Part shown: positions 1-10,879 of the stretch, in pieces
How positions within the stretch are numbered: position 1 is the first letter of the stretch
Layout of the letters: the number at the start of each line of letters is the position of its first letter
DNA from: Baekduia sp.
Lineage (GTDB): Bacteria > Actinomycetota > Thermoleophilia > Solirubrobacterales > Solirubrobacteraceae
NCBI GenBank assembly: GCA_036518975.1
Contig: DATDMD010000159.1
Coordinates: forward strand, 662 to 64,661
Direction of reading: 5' to 3'
DNA length: 64,000 nt
The notes under the pieces: generated by a model
Seen by the model: only the letters and a program-made list of their open reading frames with translations
Told to the model about the DNA's origin: nothing
Databases searched by the model: none
Position numbers and translations under genes: made by a program

Positions 1-1680
<1,680 letters not shown>

Positions 1681-1773
1681 CGGAACCAGCGAAGGTACCG
1701 CCCTTCTCGGCGGCAGCACGGCAGAGTTCCCGCAAACTCTGCGGAGTTAAGAGCGCGACCGGTCGCTTAACGA

Positions 1774-1799
1774 CGACGGCGCCCCGCAGGGCGCCGTCG
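1774..1799 (-). terminator. Stem-loop downstream of rplI, possible intrinsic terminator
   Basis: CGACGGCGCCC-CGCA-GGGCGCCGTCG, perfect 11-bp stem; weak U tract. Confidence 0.55.
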
Positions 1800-1822
1800 G
1801 TCAAGCGGGTGGCGCGGTGAGG

Positions 1823-2272
1823 CTAGGCCTCGGAGACCATCACCTTCACGGTGGCGGTGATGCCCTCGGCGACCTCGAGGACCACCTGGTAGGTCCCGAC
1901 GTTCTTGATCGGGTCGTCGAGGTGGATCTTGCGGCGGTCGACCTCGATCGCGCGGGCGGCCTTGATCTCGTCGGCGATGTCCTGCGTCGTGACGGAGCCG
2001 AACAGGCGGCCGTCCTCGCCGGCCTGCTGGGAGATCGTGAGGACCGTCTTGTTGAGCTGCTCCGCCTGCTCCTGGGCCGTGGCGAGCCGCGTGGCGGTCG
2101 CCTTGTTGTAGGCCTCCTGGTTGCGCTCGGCCTCGCGCAGCAGGCCCTTGGTCGCCGGCGCGGCGAGCTTGCGCGGGATCAGGAAGTTGCGGAGGTAGCC
2201 CTTGGACACGTCGACGACCGCGCCGCGGTTGCCGACGCCGTCGACGTCCTTGAGGAGGATGGCCTCGGGCAT
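1823..2272 (-). CDS. rplI: 50S ribosomal protein L9
   Basis: MPEAILLKDV..VDVSKGYLRNFLIP, GRLFGSVT, PIKNVG; 149 aa from ATG 2272. Confidence 0.97.
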   Translation of the reverse strand: MPEAILLKDVDGVGNRGAVVDVSKGYLRNFLIPRKLAAPATKGLLREAERNQEAYNKATATRLATAQEQAEQLNKTVLTISQQAGEDGRLFGSVTTQDIADEIKAARAIEVDRRKIHLDDPIKNVGTYQVVLEVAEGITATVKVMVSEA

Positions 2273-2276
2273 GGCG

Positions 2277-2609
2277 CTAGTCCCGGTCCCGATCACGGTC
2301 GCGGCCGCGACGGCCGCCGACGCTCTCGGACGCCGGCTCGGCCGCGTACGGCAGGAGGGCGACCTCGCGAGCGCGCTTGACGGCGGTCGCGATCTGGTTC
2401 TGGTGCCGGCGGCAGGCGCCGGTGATGCGACGGGACCGGATCTTGCCGCGCTCGGACACGAACCGGCGGAGGCCGACGACGTCCTTCCAGTCGACCTGCT
2501 CGATCTTGTCCTTGCAGTACGGGCAGGGCTTGCGGCGCCCGCTGCCCGGGCCGCCCTTCTTGTCCCGACGGCGGGACGGCTTCGTCGCGCTCTTGCGCTG
2601 CTTGGCCAC
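2277..2609 (-). CDS. rpsR: 30S ribosomal protein S18, Zn-binding (C+) type
   Basis: RRKPCPYC...SERGKIRSRRITGACRRHQ...KRAR..ALLPY. Confidence 0.97.
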   Translation of the reverse strand: MAKQRKSATKPSRRRDKKGGPGSGRRKPCPYCKDKIEQVDWKDVVGLRRFVSERGKIRSRRITGACRRHQNQIATAVKRAREVALLPYAAEPASESVGGRRGRDRDRDRD

Positions 2610-2770
2610 GGTGTAAGTCCTTGCTTGGGTGTTGCGAGAAAAGAGAAGTCTGGACGTGCGAACGCGCGCCTAGCATTGACGCGCGAGCCCAGAGTGTGAC
2701 ACGTGCCCGTGCGCACCGGCGTTGCGGTGCCGTAGCGCACGTTGCGGACGGAGCAGTCTAGCGGTGTTGG

Positions 2771-3466
2771 CTACGCGTCCTCGTCCTGGTCGGTGGCGAC
2801 CCGGATGCCCAGCGCCCCGGCGAGGTTGACGGCCTGGTCGACGAGGTCGGGGTAGGGCAGCGCGGCGCCCCGGAGGTCGGAGAGCGAGCGGACCTCGCTG
2901 AGGCGGCACGAGTGGAGCTCGACGCGGGTGTGCTGCGACTGGCCGAGCGACGCGCGCGTCAGGTCGCACGACTCGAAGCGCACGTCGCGCAGCTGCGCCT
3001 GCTCGAGCGTCGACTCGGTGAGGCCGGTCCGGCGGAAGATGACGCGGTCGAGGCGCGCCTCGGCCAGGACGGCGTAGTCCAGGCGGCAGTTCGTGAACGT
3101 GACGTCCTGCAGCGTCGCCCGGATGAGCTGCGCGCCGGTGAAGCGGGCGTCGACGATCGTCAGCCGCGAGAGGTGCGCGTCCTGGAGGTCGACGTTGGCG
3201 AGGTCGGCGCCGTCGATCACCGCATCGTGCAGGTGCAGGTCGCGCAGCCGCGCGCCGGCGAGCGAGCCGGTGATGCGCGCGTCCTCGATCGTGACGTTCC
3301 GGGCCCGGACCTCGCCGGCGGGCGCGACGCCAGTGAGCTCGACGCCCTCGCACCGGTCCTCGTCCTCGAACCAGACCGCGGCGAGGTCGCGGACGGCGAG
3401 GTCGCCGGTGACCCTGGGGAGGAACGGCGCCCTGGGAGTCGTCGCATCGAAAGCCCGCCGCGGCAC
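2771..3466 (-). CDS. Pentapeptide repeat protein (MfpA/Qnr-like fold)
   Basis: Runs of A(D/N)Lxx-type pentads (GADLA NVDLQ DAHLS; DARFT GAQLI RATLQ; NCRLD YAVLA EARLD; SCDLT RASLG); C-terminus LAGALGIRV as in MfpA-like proteins. Confidence 0.88.
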   Translation of the reverse strand: MPRRAFDATTPRAPFLPRVTGDLAVRDLAAVWFEDEDRCEGVELTGVAPAGEVRARNVTIEDARITGSLAGARLRDLHLHDAVIDGADLANVDLQDAHLSRLTIVDARFTGAQLIRATLQDVTFTNCRLDYAVLAEARLDRVIFRRTGLTESTLEQAQLRDVRFESCDLTRASLGQSQHTRVELHSCRLSEVRSLSDLRGAALPYPDLVDQAVNLAGALGIRVATDQDEDA

Positions 3467-3573
3467 GCGCGGGATGGTCGCACGCCGGCCCGCGTGCCGG
3501 CCCTACGACGCAACGAGCCCCGGCAGGGCCGGGGCTCGGAGGGACGGCGGACGCGGGTGGGACCCGCGTGGGG

Positions 3574-4059
3574 CTAGAACGGGATGTCGTCGTCGGCCGG
3601 CGTCGAGACCGGGGCCGAGACGGGTGTCGGCTGCGGCGGGCCGAAGTCGGAGGTGTCGGTCGGGACGTCGGCGCGGGGCGTGAAGCCACCGCCGGCAGCG
3701 CCGCCGCCGGCGTCGTCGCGGCCGCCCAGGAACTGGACGGTGTCGGCGACGATCTCGACCGCCGAACGGTTCTTGCCGGTGTCCTTGTCCAGCCACTCGC
3801 GCCACTCCAGCCGGCCGTCGATCGCGACCGGACGGCCCTTGCTGAGGTACCGCGCGCAGTTCTCGCCCTGCTGGCCCCACACCGTGACGTCGAAGTAGTT
3901 GGGCTTGTCCTCCCACTCGTTGGTCGCGTTGTTCTTGCGGCGCGTGTTGACGGCGACGCGCAGCTTGCAGATGGCCGTGCCGGAGGGCAGGGAGCGGAGC
4001 TCGGGATCGAACGTGAGGTTGCCGGTCAGGATGACCCGGTTGATGTTGGAGGCGGCCAC
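3574..4059 (-). CDS. ssb: Single-stranded DNA-binding protein
   Basis: NINRVILTGNLTFDPELR, YLSKGRPVAIDGRL, acidic C-terminus DDDIPF. Confidence 0.97.
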   Translation of the reverse strand: MAASNINRVILTGNLTFDPELRSLPSGTAICKLRVAVNTRRKNNATNEWEDKPNYFDVTVWGQQGENCARYLSKGRPVAIDGRLEWREWLDKDTGKNRSAVEIVADTVQFLGGRDDAGGGAAGGGFTPRADVPTDTSDFGPPQPTPVSAPVSTPADDDIPF

Positions 4060-4213
4060 GCGGGGCTCCTTTCGGGGGCGAACTTGAAGTCTGCGGCGAG
4101 TCTAGGGGCCGGGTCGGAGGGCAAAGCGGGAAAGCCTGCAATGACCGGCCGAATCTGCGCGAAGTCGTGACGAAGCGCGCGTGGTGCTGCGCGAAGGCGG
4201 TCCCCAGAACGAC

Positions 4214-4245
4214 GACAGCGCCGCCCCGGCGGGGGCGGCGCTGTC
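4214..4245 (-). terminator. Strong stem-loop between rpsF and ssb
   Basis: GACAGCGCCGCCCC-GGCG-GGGGCGGCGCTGTC, perfect 14-bp stem. Confidence 0.55.
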
Positions 4246-4279
4246 AGGAAGAACGGTGCTGCTGGGTGCGGCGGGAGCG

Positions 4280-4666
4280 CTAGAGGCGCTCGACCGGCGC
4301 GGCCTCGGGGGCCGCGGCCTCCGGCGCCGGCTCGTTGGCGGCGCGCAGGTCCGGCACCGGCGGCAGGCCGGCGGCCAGCTTGATGACGCGGAAGCGCACG
4401 ACGCCGTCGGCGATGCGCAGGTAGCGACCGACCGCGGCCGGGACCTCCGGGCCGCCCTGGAACTGGAGGAGGTGGTACTCCGCGTCGTTCTTGTGGCGGA
4501 TCTCGAACGCGGTGCGGCGAACGCCCCAGTCGTGCTTGCTGACGATGGTCGCGCTGCTGGCCTCCAGGATCCGCTCGGCTTCGGCGAGGACCTTGGCGCG
4601 CTGCTCCTCGTCCGCGGCGGTGTCGAGGAGGAGCATCAGGTCGTAAGAAGGGTTCTGTGCAGGCAT
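4280..4666 (-). CDS. rpsF: 30S ribosomal protein S6
   Basis: YDLMLLLD, WGVRRTAFEI, AEYHL, LRIADGVVRF; canonical position upstream of ssb and rpsR. Confidence 0.93.
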   Translation of the reverse strand: MPAQNPSYDLMLLLDTAADEEQRAKVLAEAERILEASSATIVSKHDWGVRRTAFEIRHKNDAEYHLLQFQGGPEVPAAVGRYLRIADGVVRFRVIKLAAGLPPVPDLRAANEPAPEAAAPEAAPVERL

Positions 4667-4764
4667 GAGAAGGGGGCCCCGAGGGCGGCGAACGACTATA
4701 GCGGCATCGGTTCGCGGGAGGACTTCCGGGGGCGAACTTGCAGCGCCCCGCCCCTATGGGAGAC

Positions 4765-5160
4765 ATGACCGATCTCCTCCGCCGCCTCCGCTGGGGCAAC
4801 CTCGCGCGCCTCGCCGCGGTCGTGCTCGCGGTAGCGCTCGTCTTCGCCTGGCCGCGCCTGCACGCCGGCGCCGAGCCGTCCCTGCCACCCGCCGCGGCCG
4901 CGCCGCTGGAGACGACGCCGGTCGACGAGCCGACGACCACGACCACGAAGCCGGCCGCGCCGAAGGAGCAGCCGACGCGGGCCGGTCGAATCAAGCCGCG
5001 CCAGCGCAGGACCAAGGCCAAGCGCCACCATCATGCGCGGCCGCGCAAGGCCAAGGCGACCGCGACCGTCGCCGCGACATCGTCCCCGGCGCAGCGGGCC
5101 GCGCCCGTCTCCACACCGACCCCGCCGCCGCAACCCGCTGGCGCGGAGTTCCGCCCGTAG
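4765..5160 (+). CDS. Hypothetical membrane-anchored Pro/Thr/Lys-rich protein
   Basis: N-terminal hydrophobic helix (LAAVVLAVALVFAW), low-complexity body, ends GAEFRP; GGAGA just upstream; start uncertain (4757 or 4765 region). Confidence 0.6.
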   Translation: MTDLLRRLRWGNLARLAAVVLAVALVFAWPRLHAGAEPSLPPAAAAPLETTPVDEPTTTTTKPAAPKEQPTRAGRIKPRQRRTKAKRHHHARPRKAKATATVAATSSPAQRAAPVSTPTPPPQPAGAEFRP

Positions 5161-5393
5161 ACGCGGCAGTGGTGCGTGCACCCCTGCCACGAGGGCAGAA
5201 GACGGCGCTTCGCAGCCGCCTGGCTCTGGCACCGGCGCGCGTGGCCGGAGAGCATCGCTCGCGGGGCGCCCATCTCGTACCGGAGGGGCAGACCGATGTC
5301 GACGTTCGGGTGGCACCCGAACGCGCTCAGGCTCTGGCAGCAACGCCTCCACCGGTACGCGTCGTGGTGCCCGCGGGACGGCAAAGCCTTCTC

Positions 5394-5427
5394 CGCGCTC
5401 CCGCTCACGCCCCTGAGCGGGAGCGCG
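5394..5427. terminator. Stem-loop downstream of otsA
   Basis: CGCGCTCCCGCTCA-CGCCCC-TGAGCGGGAGCGCG, perfect 14-bp stem between convergent genes. Confidence 0.55.
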
Positions 5428-5448
5428 AAGGAGCGCCGGCCGGGGCCC

Positions 5449-6921
5449 TCAGGCCTCCACGCCCGCCTTCTTGCGGATGTCCGCGATCTGGTCGTCGATC
5501 CAGTCGCCCGGGTTGCGAGACGTGATGATGTCCTGCAGCCCCCGGCCGCGGCGCTCGCGCTCGGCGGGCGCCATCGTCAGCGCGGCGTGGATCGAGTCCG
5601 CGAGCTCTTGGATGTCGAAGGGGTTGACGCTGAGCGCGAACTCGCCGAGCTCTTCGTGGGCGCCGGTGTTCTCGCTCAGGATCGAGACGCCGTGGCGCTC
5701 GTTGACCATCGGGCCCTCCTTGGCGACCAGGTTCATGCCGTCGAACATGGCGTTGACCAGGAGCACGTCGTAGTTCTTGTAGGCCGCGACGGCGTCCTCG
5801 AGGTCGTCCTTCAGCTTCAGCTGGATCGGCATCCAGTCGGGCGTGCCGTGACGGTGGTTCACGACGGCGACGATCGCCTCGATGCGCTCGAGGTACTCGG
5901 CGTACTCGGGCACGTCCGTTCGCGACGGCATCAGCTGCGCGACGAACGTCACCTTCTCGCGGAACTCCGGGTGCTGCTCGAGGAACAGGTCGAACGCCGT
6001 GAACCCGCGCAGGACGTTCTTGGACAGGTCGGCGCGGTCCACTCTCAACACCAGGTGCTCGCGGCGGCGGCGCAGCAGCTCCGCCTCGAACTCCGCGACC
6101 CGCTCGCTGTTGAGCGCGATGCGCCGGATCGCGTCGGCGTCGATCGGCAGCGGATAGGCCCGGACCCAGACCTCGCGGTCCTCGAACTGCACGACGCCGT
6201 TCTCGAAGTCGACGTCCAGGTCCATCAGGTCGCGGCAGCACTGGAGGAAGTTCCAGCGGTAGGACCGCGTATGGAACCCGATGATGTCGTTGGCCAGCAG
6301 CCCCTCGTAGATCTCCCTGCGCACGCCGCGCGGCAGGACGCGCCACGCGTCCGGCTGCGTCCACGGGATGTGCACGAAGTGATGGAGGAACGCGTCCGGG
6401 CGCGCCTTCCGGATCAGTCCGGGCAGGGTGTACAGGTGGTAGTCGTGGACCATCACGACCGGCTCCTCGAAGCCCTCGATCTCCTCGACGACCGCCTTGG
6501 CGAGGTCCTCGTTGACCACGTTGTAGCCGAACTCGAACGCCTCGATCTCGTGCCGCCGCACGTCCGGCGCGTTGGAGAGATCCCAGAGGTAGTGCTGGAT
6601 GAACCACAGCATCGGGTTGGCGAAGATGTTGTAGAAGCGGTCGTAGGCCTCGTCGTCGCTGACGACCATCCGGACCTGGAAGGTGCCCTCGCCCGCGGTG
6701 TCGACCTCGAACGACCGGCCGTCGGCCTCGTCGACCCGTCGCTTGTCGCCCGGCGTCAGCGCGCTGGCGATCCAGATCACGTCGCGGTGCGACGCCAGCC
6801 CGGTCAGCGCCGTCACCAGCCCGCCCGTGCCGCGCTTGAACCCGCCCTCGTCGTCGAACGTGACCGGGCCCCGGTTGGAGACCAGGATCAGCGGGCGCGC
6901 GTCGGCGCCGCTGACGCTCAT
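5449..6921 (-). CDS. otsA: Trehalose-6-phosphate synthase (GT20)
   Basis: LVSNRGP, GGLVTAL, VHDYHL, FVHIPW, GFHT, RVDRADLSKN, DGMNLVAKE, LSENTGA. Confidence 0.93.
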   Translation of the reverse strand: MSVSGADARPLILVSNRGPVTFDDEGGFKRGTGGLVTALTGLASHRDVIWIASALTPGDKRRVDEADGRSFEVDTAGEGTFQVRMVVSDDEAYDRFYNIFANPMLWFIQHYLWDLSNAPDVRRHEIEAFEFGYNVVNEDLAKAVVEEIEGFEEPVVMVHDYHLYTLPGLIRKARPDAFLHHFVHIPWTQPDAWRVLPRGVRREIYEGLLANDIIGFHTRSYRWNFLQCCRDLMDLDVDFENGVVQFEDREVWVRAYPLPIDADAIRRIALNSERVAEFEAELLRRRREHLVLRVDRADLSKNVLRGFTAFDLFLEQHPEFREKVTFVAQLMPSRTDVPEYAEYLERIEAIVAVVNHRHGTPDWMPIQLKLKDDLEDAVAAYKNYDVLLVNAMFDGMNLVAKEGPMVNERHGVSILSENTGAHEELGEFALSVNPFDIQELADSIHAALTMAPAERERRGRGLQDIITSRNPGDWIDDQIADIRKKAGVEA

Positions 6922-8186
6922 GCCGCCCCCTCCGCGATCGACGGGGCGGCCTCGAGGCCGAGGACGTCATGGAAGATCCGCAGGTAGTCCCGCAGGTAGC
7001 GCGGCGTCAGGAAGTGCGTGCGCACGTGCGCCTTGCCGCGCCGCCCCAGCGCCTTGCCGAGCGCCGGGTCCTCCAGGATGTCCACGCAGCGCGCCGCGCA
7101 TTGCTCGGGCGAGGAGACCAGGTAGCCCGTCACGCCCTGCTCCACCTGGAGCGGGATCCCACCGACGTCGCCCCCGACGAAGGCCTTGCCCTTCCACAGC
7201 GCCTCGCTCACGGTGAGCCCGAACCCTTCGCGGATCGACTTCTGGATGACGACGTCGGCGTGCGACTGGAAGGCGTTGACCTCGATCGAGCCGACGTTGT
7301 TGAAGTTGTTCAAGATGTAGATGTCGGGATCCCCGTCGGCGTGCGCGACGGTCGCGTTGTAGTAGTCCCAGCCCTCGGGGTCGTCGCTGGCCATCGACCC
7401 CACGAGCGCGAGTTGGACGTCCGGCCGCTCCTCCTTGACCGACCGGTAGGCGTCGATCACCCCGAGCGGGTCCTTCCACGGGTCGAAGCGCGAGACCTGG
7501 ACCATCAGCGGCCGGTCGACGTCGACGCCGAACTGCCCGCAGACGTATGCGGCGTCGTCCGGGGACAAGGCCATGTTCTTGGGCGCGAGCGGGTCGATCG
7601 CGGGCGGGACGACGTTCACCTTGCCCCGCATCCCGGCCGGCACGTACTTCTCCATGTGGAACAGGGTCTGCGGGTAGTCGCGGATGTACGGCTGCAGCTC
7701 GGCGATCGTCTCCGGGTTCGGCGTCGAGAGGTCGATGTGGCAGCGCCACACCCACCCGCGCGCCTTCTCGGGGACCAGGCCGAACAGCGCGGCCGGCTGC
7801 GGGTCGTGGATGACGCACACGTCCCAGCCGTCGGGCAGCTCGCGCGCGTTCATCTCGTTGTAGCGCTGCCACGTCTCCCACTGCTCGCGCGTCAGGTCCT
7901 CCGGCGCGCCCTGCAGCGCGTTGTGCATCAACTTGGTCGCGTTGAAGAACTCCTCGCGCCCGTAGAGGATCTGCCACTCGACGTCGATCCCGACGTCCTT
8001 CATCAGCGGGACCAAGGTGTAGAGGATCTCGGCGACGCCGCCGCCGAACGCGGTGGCCGAGACGTGCACGACCCGGGCGCCCTGCAGCGGCTCGGCGAGC
8101 GCGCGGATCTCCGCGATCTGCTCCCGACCGAAGATGTGCGTGTAGTCGGCGAGGGTCTTCGACCCGAGGGTGACGGGCTGGAGCAC
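6918..8186 (-). CDS. treT: Trehalose synthase, TreT-like GT4 glycosyltransferase
   Basis: SATAFGGGVAEIL, HNALQG, HDPQPA, WRCHID, VSRFDPWKDPLGVI, REGFGLTVSEALWKG. Confidence 0.85.
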   Translation of the reverse strand: MLQPVTLGSKTLADYTHIFGREQIAEIRALAEPLQGARVVHVSATAFGGGVAEILYTLVPLMKDVGIDVEWQILYGREEFFNATKLMHNALQGAPEDLTREQWETWQRYNEMNARELPDGWDVCVIHDPQPAALFGLVPEKARGWVWRCHIDLSTPNPETIAELQPYIRDYPQTLFHMEKYVPAGMRGKVNVVPPAIDPLAPKNMALSPDDAAYVCGQFGVDVDRPLMVQVSRFDPWKDPLGVIDAYRSVKEERPDVQLALVGSMASDDPEGWDYYNATVAHADGDPDIYILNNFNNVGSIEVNAFQSHADVVIQKSIREGFGLTVSEALWKGKAFVGGDVGGIPLQVEQGVTGYLVSSPEQCAARCVDILEDPALGKALGRRGKAHVRTHFLTPRYLRDYLRIFHDVLGLEAAPSIAEGAA

Positions 8187-8195
8187 GTGGTGAGC

Positions 8196-9449
8196 CTACC
8201 CCTGCGGGGACTGGAGCGGACGAGTTCCGAGCGCCACCTTCACCTGCAGCGTGTCGCTGCCACGGACGACGGTGAGCGTCACCTCGTCCCCGGGCGCCTT
8301 GTCGTCGAGCAGGCGCGCCAGGTCGGAGTCCTGGACGACGTCCTCGTCGCCGACCTTGGTGATGACGTCGCCGCCCACGCGGTACTCCTGCTCCTGGAAG
8401 CTCTCGCGCCGCGTGCCGGCCTTCAGCCCGGCCCGGTCGCCCGGTCCGTTCGGGACCACCGTCTGGACCCACGCGCCGTGGTCGGCGCCGAGGTGGAAGT
8501 GCTGCGCGAGCTGGGGGTAGACGCCGGAGGTGGACACGCCGAGGTAGGGGTACTCCACCTTGCCCGACCGCCGCAACTGGTCCAGCGAACGGCGGACGAC
8601 GTCCACCGGGACGGCGAACCCGACCCCGCTGCCCGACCCCGACGAGGAGCGGATCTGCGAGTTGATGCCGAGCACGCGGCCCTGCGCGTCCAGCAGCGGG
8701 CCGCCCGAGTTGCCGCTGTTGATCGCCGCGTCGGTCTGCAGCGCGCCCGAGGTCTGGAAGCCGGTCAGCGACTGGATCGACCGGTCGGTGGCGGAGATCA
8801 CGCCGACCGACAGCGAGCTCTCCTCGCCGAACGGCGACCCGATCGCCGCCACCGGCGCGCCGACCTCCACGTCGTCGACCTCGCCCAGCGTCAGCGGCCG
8901 CAGCGTGAGCCCGGACGGGTCGACCTTGATGAGCGCGACGTCGGAGAACGGGTCGAAGCCGACGATCTTCGCGGCCACCTCGTTGCGGTCGGCGAAGCGC
9001 ACGAACACCTCGCGCGCCTTGTGGATCGACGCGCCCTCGCCGGTGGTGACGACGTGCGCGTTGGTGGCGATCTCGCCGCTCGGGGAGATCACGAAGCCGG
9101 AGCCGAGGGCGGCGCTCGGGTCGCCGTCGCCCGAGACGTCGCCCGACGAGCCGCCGCCGCTGAACGCCGACAGGATCGTCACGACGCCCGGCGAGTCGCG
9201 CTGGTAGATGGTCTGGGGGTCGAACGCGGCCGCGCTCCCGCTGCCGCCGTCCCCCTCGTCCGAGCCCGAGCCGGAGCCGGATCCGCTGGGCACCGTCGCG
9301 CCCGTGCCCGCGGTCGTCGTCGCCGTGCTGTTGTCGTCCTTGCTCGACCCGCCGCACCCCGCCACGGCGCCGCCCAGGGCCGACGCCGCCACCGCGCCCA
9401 CCGCCAGCGCGCACACCGCCCGCCGCCGCGCTCGCATCGCCGCCGTCAT
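8196..9449 (-). CDS. HtrA/DegP-family serine protease with PDZ domain, probable lipoprotein
   Basis: Lipobox-like VAGC; triad TNAHVV, SDVAL, INSGNSGGPL; C-terminal PDZ (GDVITKVG). Confidence 0.93.
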   Translation of the reverse strand: MTAAMRARRRAVCALAVGAVAASALGGAVAGCGGSSKDDNSTATTTAGTGATVPSGSGSGSGSDEGDGGSGSAAAFDPQTIYQRDSPGVVTILSAFSGGGSSGDVSGDGDPSAALGSGFVISPSGEIATNAHVVTTGEGASIHKAREVFVRFADRNEVAAKIVGFDPFSDVALIKVDPSGLTLRPLTLGEVDDVEVGAPVAAIGSPFGEESSLSVGVISATDRSIQSLTGFQTSGALQTDAAINSGNSGGPLLDAQGRVLGINSQIRSSSGSGSGVGFAVPVDVVRRSLDQLRRSGKVEYPYLGVSTSGVYPQLAQHFHLGADHGAWVQTVVPNGPGDRAGLKAGTRRESFQEQEYRVGGDVITKVGDEDVVQDSDLARLLDDKAPGDEVTLTVVRGSDTLQVKVALGTRPLQSPQG

Positions 9450-10855
9450 GCCGGCAGCTCCAGCGTGAACGTCGTCCGCCCCGGCTGCGAGTCGACGGCC
9501 AGCCGCCCGTCCATCCGCTCGGCGAGCTCGAACGCGATCGCGAGGCCCAATCCGGACCCCTGCGCGTCGTCGGTGGTCACGAACGGCTCGAAGATGCGAG
9601 GGAGCATGGAGCGGTGGATACCCGGTCCGAAGTCCCCGACTCCCACGCGAGCGCGATCGCCGCGCCGCGACGCGGTCACGACGATGTCGGTGCCCGGCGG
9701 GGTGTGGGTGATCGCGTTGTCGATCAGGATCCGCAGGACCTGCGCGACGCGCTCGTGATCGCCGAGCGCCTCGACCGGCTCGGGCGGCAGCCGCAGCTCC
9801 AGGTGCGCGGCGTGGCCGCCCAGCGCGGGCGCGAACTCGTCGGCGACCTGACGCGCGACCGTGCCGAGGTCCGTGCGCTCGCGCCGCAGCTCCAGCGACC
9901 CCGCCTCGAGCTTGGACAGGTCAAGCAGGTCGGTCGCGAGCTTCTGCATCCGCAGCACCTGCTGGCGCAGCTGGGTGACGAACCGGCGCCGGTCCTCCTC
10001 GTCGAGGTCCTCCTCCTCCAGCAGCTCCAGGAACCCGCCGAGCGAGAACAGCGGCGTGCGCAGCTCGTGCGACGCGGTCGCGATGAAGCGCTTGCGCGCG
10101 TCATCCAGCTCGGCCAGCTGACGGCGCATCTGCTCCAGCGTGCCGGCGAGCTGGCCCAGCTCGTCGCCCGCGTCGACCGGGAAGCGCGCGGCCAGGTCGC
10201 CCTGCGCCACGCGGTCGGCGACGACCTCCAGCCGCCGCACGCGCTGCGACACGTTGCGCGCCACGAGCCACGCCGCCAGCGCCGCGAGCAGCAGCGCGGC
10301 CAGCGCCGCTTCGACGATGCGGTCGCGGACCAGCGCGACGTCGCCGTCGATCGTGTCGAGCGGCCGCGAGAACACGATCACCTCGCCGACGACGCGCTTG
10401 TGCGTCCGCGGGTCCTCGTAGATCAGCGGGATCGCGGCCTCGCCGACGCGCCCCTGGTCGCCGGCCTCGACCGCGGTCTGCGGCTTGCCGGTCTGCGCCG
10501 CGTCGACGGCGACGTCGAACTGCAGGTCGCGGATCTCGATCTGCCGCGTCGAGTCCGACTTGAGGTAGGTGCGCAGCTGGCCGGGGTTGGAGTACAGCCC
10601 GAGGAGCGTCACGCGCGCGGTCGAGGAGTCGGCCGCGTCGCGGACCAGCGTGTCGATGTGCCGGGCCGAGTCGCCGCGGTCGATCGCGACGTCGATCCCC
10701 CGCGAGTTGACGTGCGCGGTCGCCAGCAGCTGCTTCAGCGCCTGGTCGCGGAGCGCGTTGTCGAGGCTCTTCATCACGCCGATGCCGACGATCGCGACCG
10801 CCCCGAGGACGATCACGAACAGCGACAGCGCCAGTCGGGTGCGCAGCGATCTCAT
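9446..10855 (-). CDS. Membrane sensor histidine kinase (HAMP, HisKA, HATPase)
   Basis: Two TM helices, HAMP DELGQL, H-box ASHELRTP, N-box LIDNA, DFGPGI, GSGLGLAI. Confidence 0.95.
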   Translation of the reverse strand: MRSLRTRLALSLFVIVLGAVAIVGIGVMKSLDNALRDQALKQLLATAHVNSRGIDVAIDRGDSARHIDTLVRDAADSSTARVTLLGLYSNPGQLRTYLKSDSTRQIEIRDLQFDVAVDAAQTGKPQTAVEAGDQGRVGEAAIPLIYEDPRTHKRVVGEVIVFSRPLDTIDGDVALVRDRIVEAALAALLLAALAAWLVARNVSQRVRRLEVVADRVAQGDLAARFPVDAGDELGQLAGTLEQMRRQLAELDDARKRFIATASHELRTPLFSLGGFLELLEEEDLDEEDRRRFVTQLRQQVLRMQKLATDLLDLSKLEAGSLELRRERTDLGTVARQVADEFAPALGGHAAHLELRLPPEPVEALGDHERVAQVLRILIDNAITHTPPGTDIVVTASRRGDRARVGVGDFGPGIHRSMLPRIFEPFVTTDDAQGSGLGLAIAFELAERMDGRLAVDSQPGRTTFTLELPA

Positions 10856-10879
10856 TCGCGGCGCGGATTCTGCCGGGTG

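Noticed and set aside
5240-5340. Glycine riboswitch resemblance (GGAGAG...CCGGAGGGGCA...CTCAGG)
   Set aside because: Core pairing is imperfect and there is no downstream gene on that strand; kept only as an unassigned structured region
5296-6987. ATG 5296 with a GGAGG upstream, opening a plus-strand ORF
   Set aside because: The frame runs antisense through all of otsA with no recognisable domain
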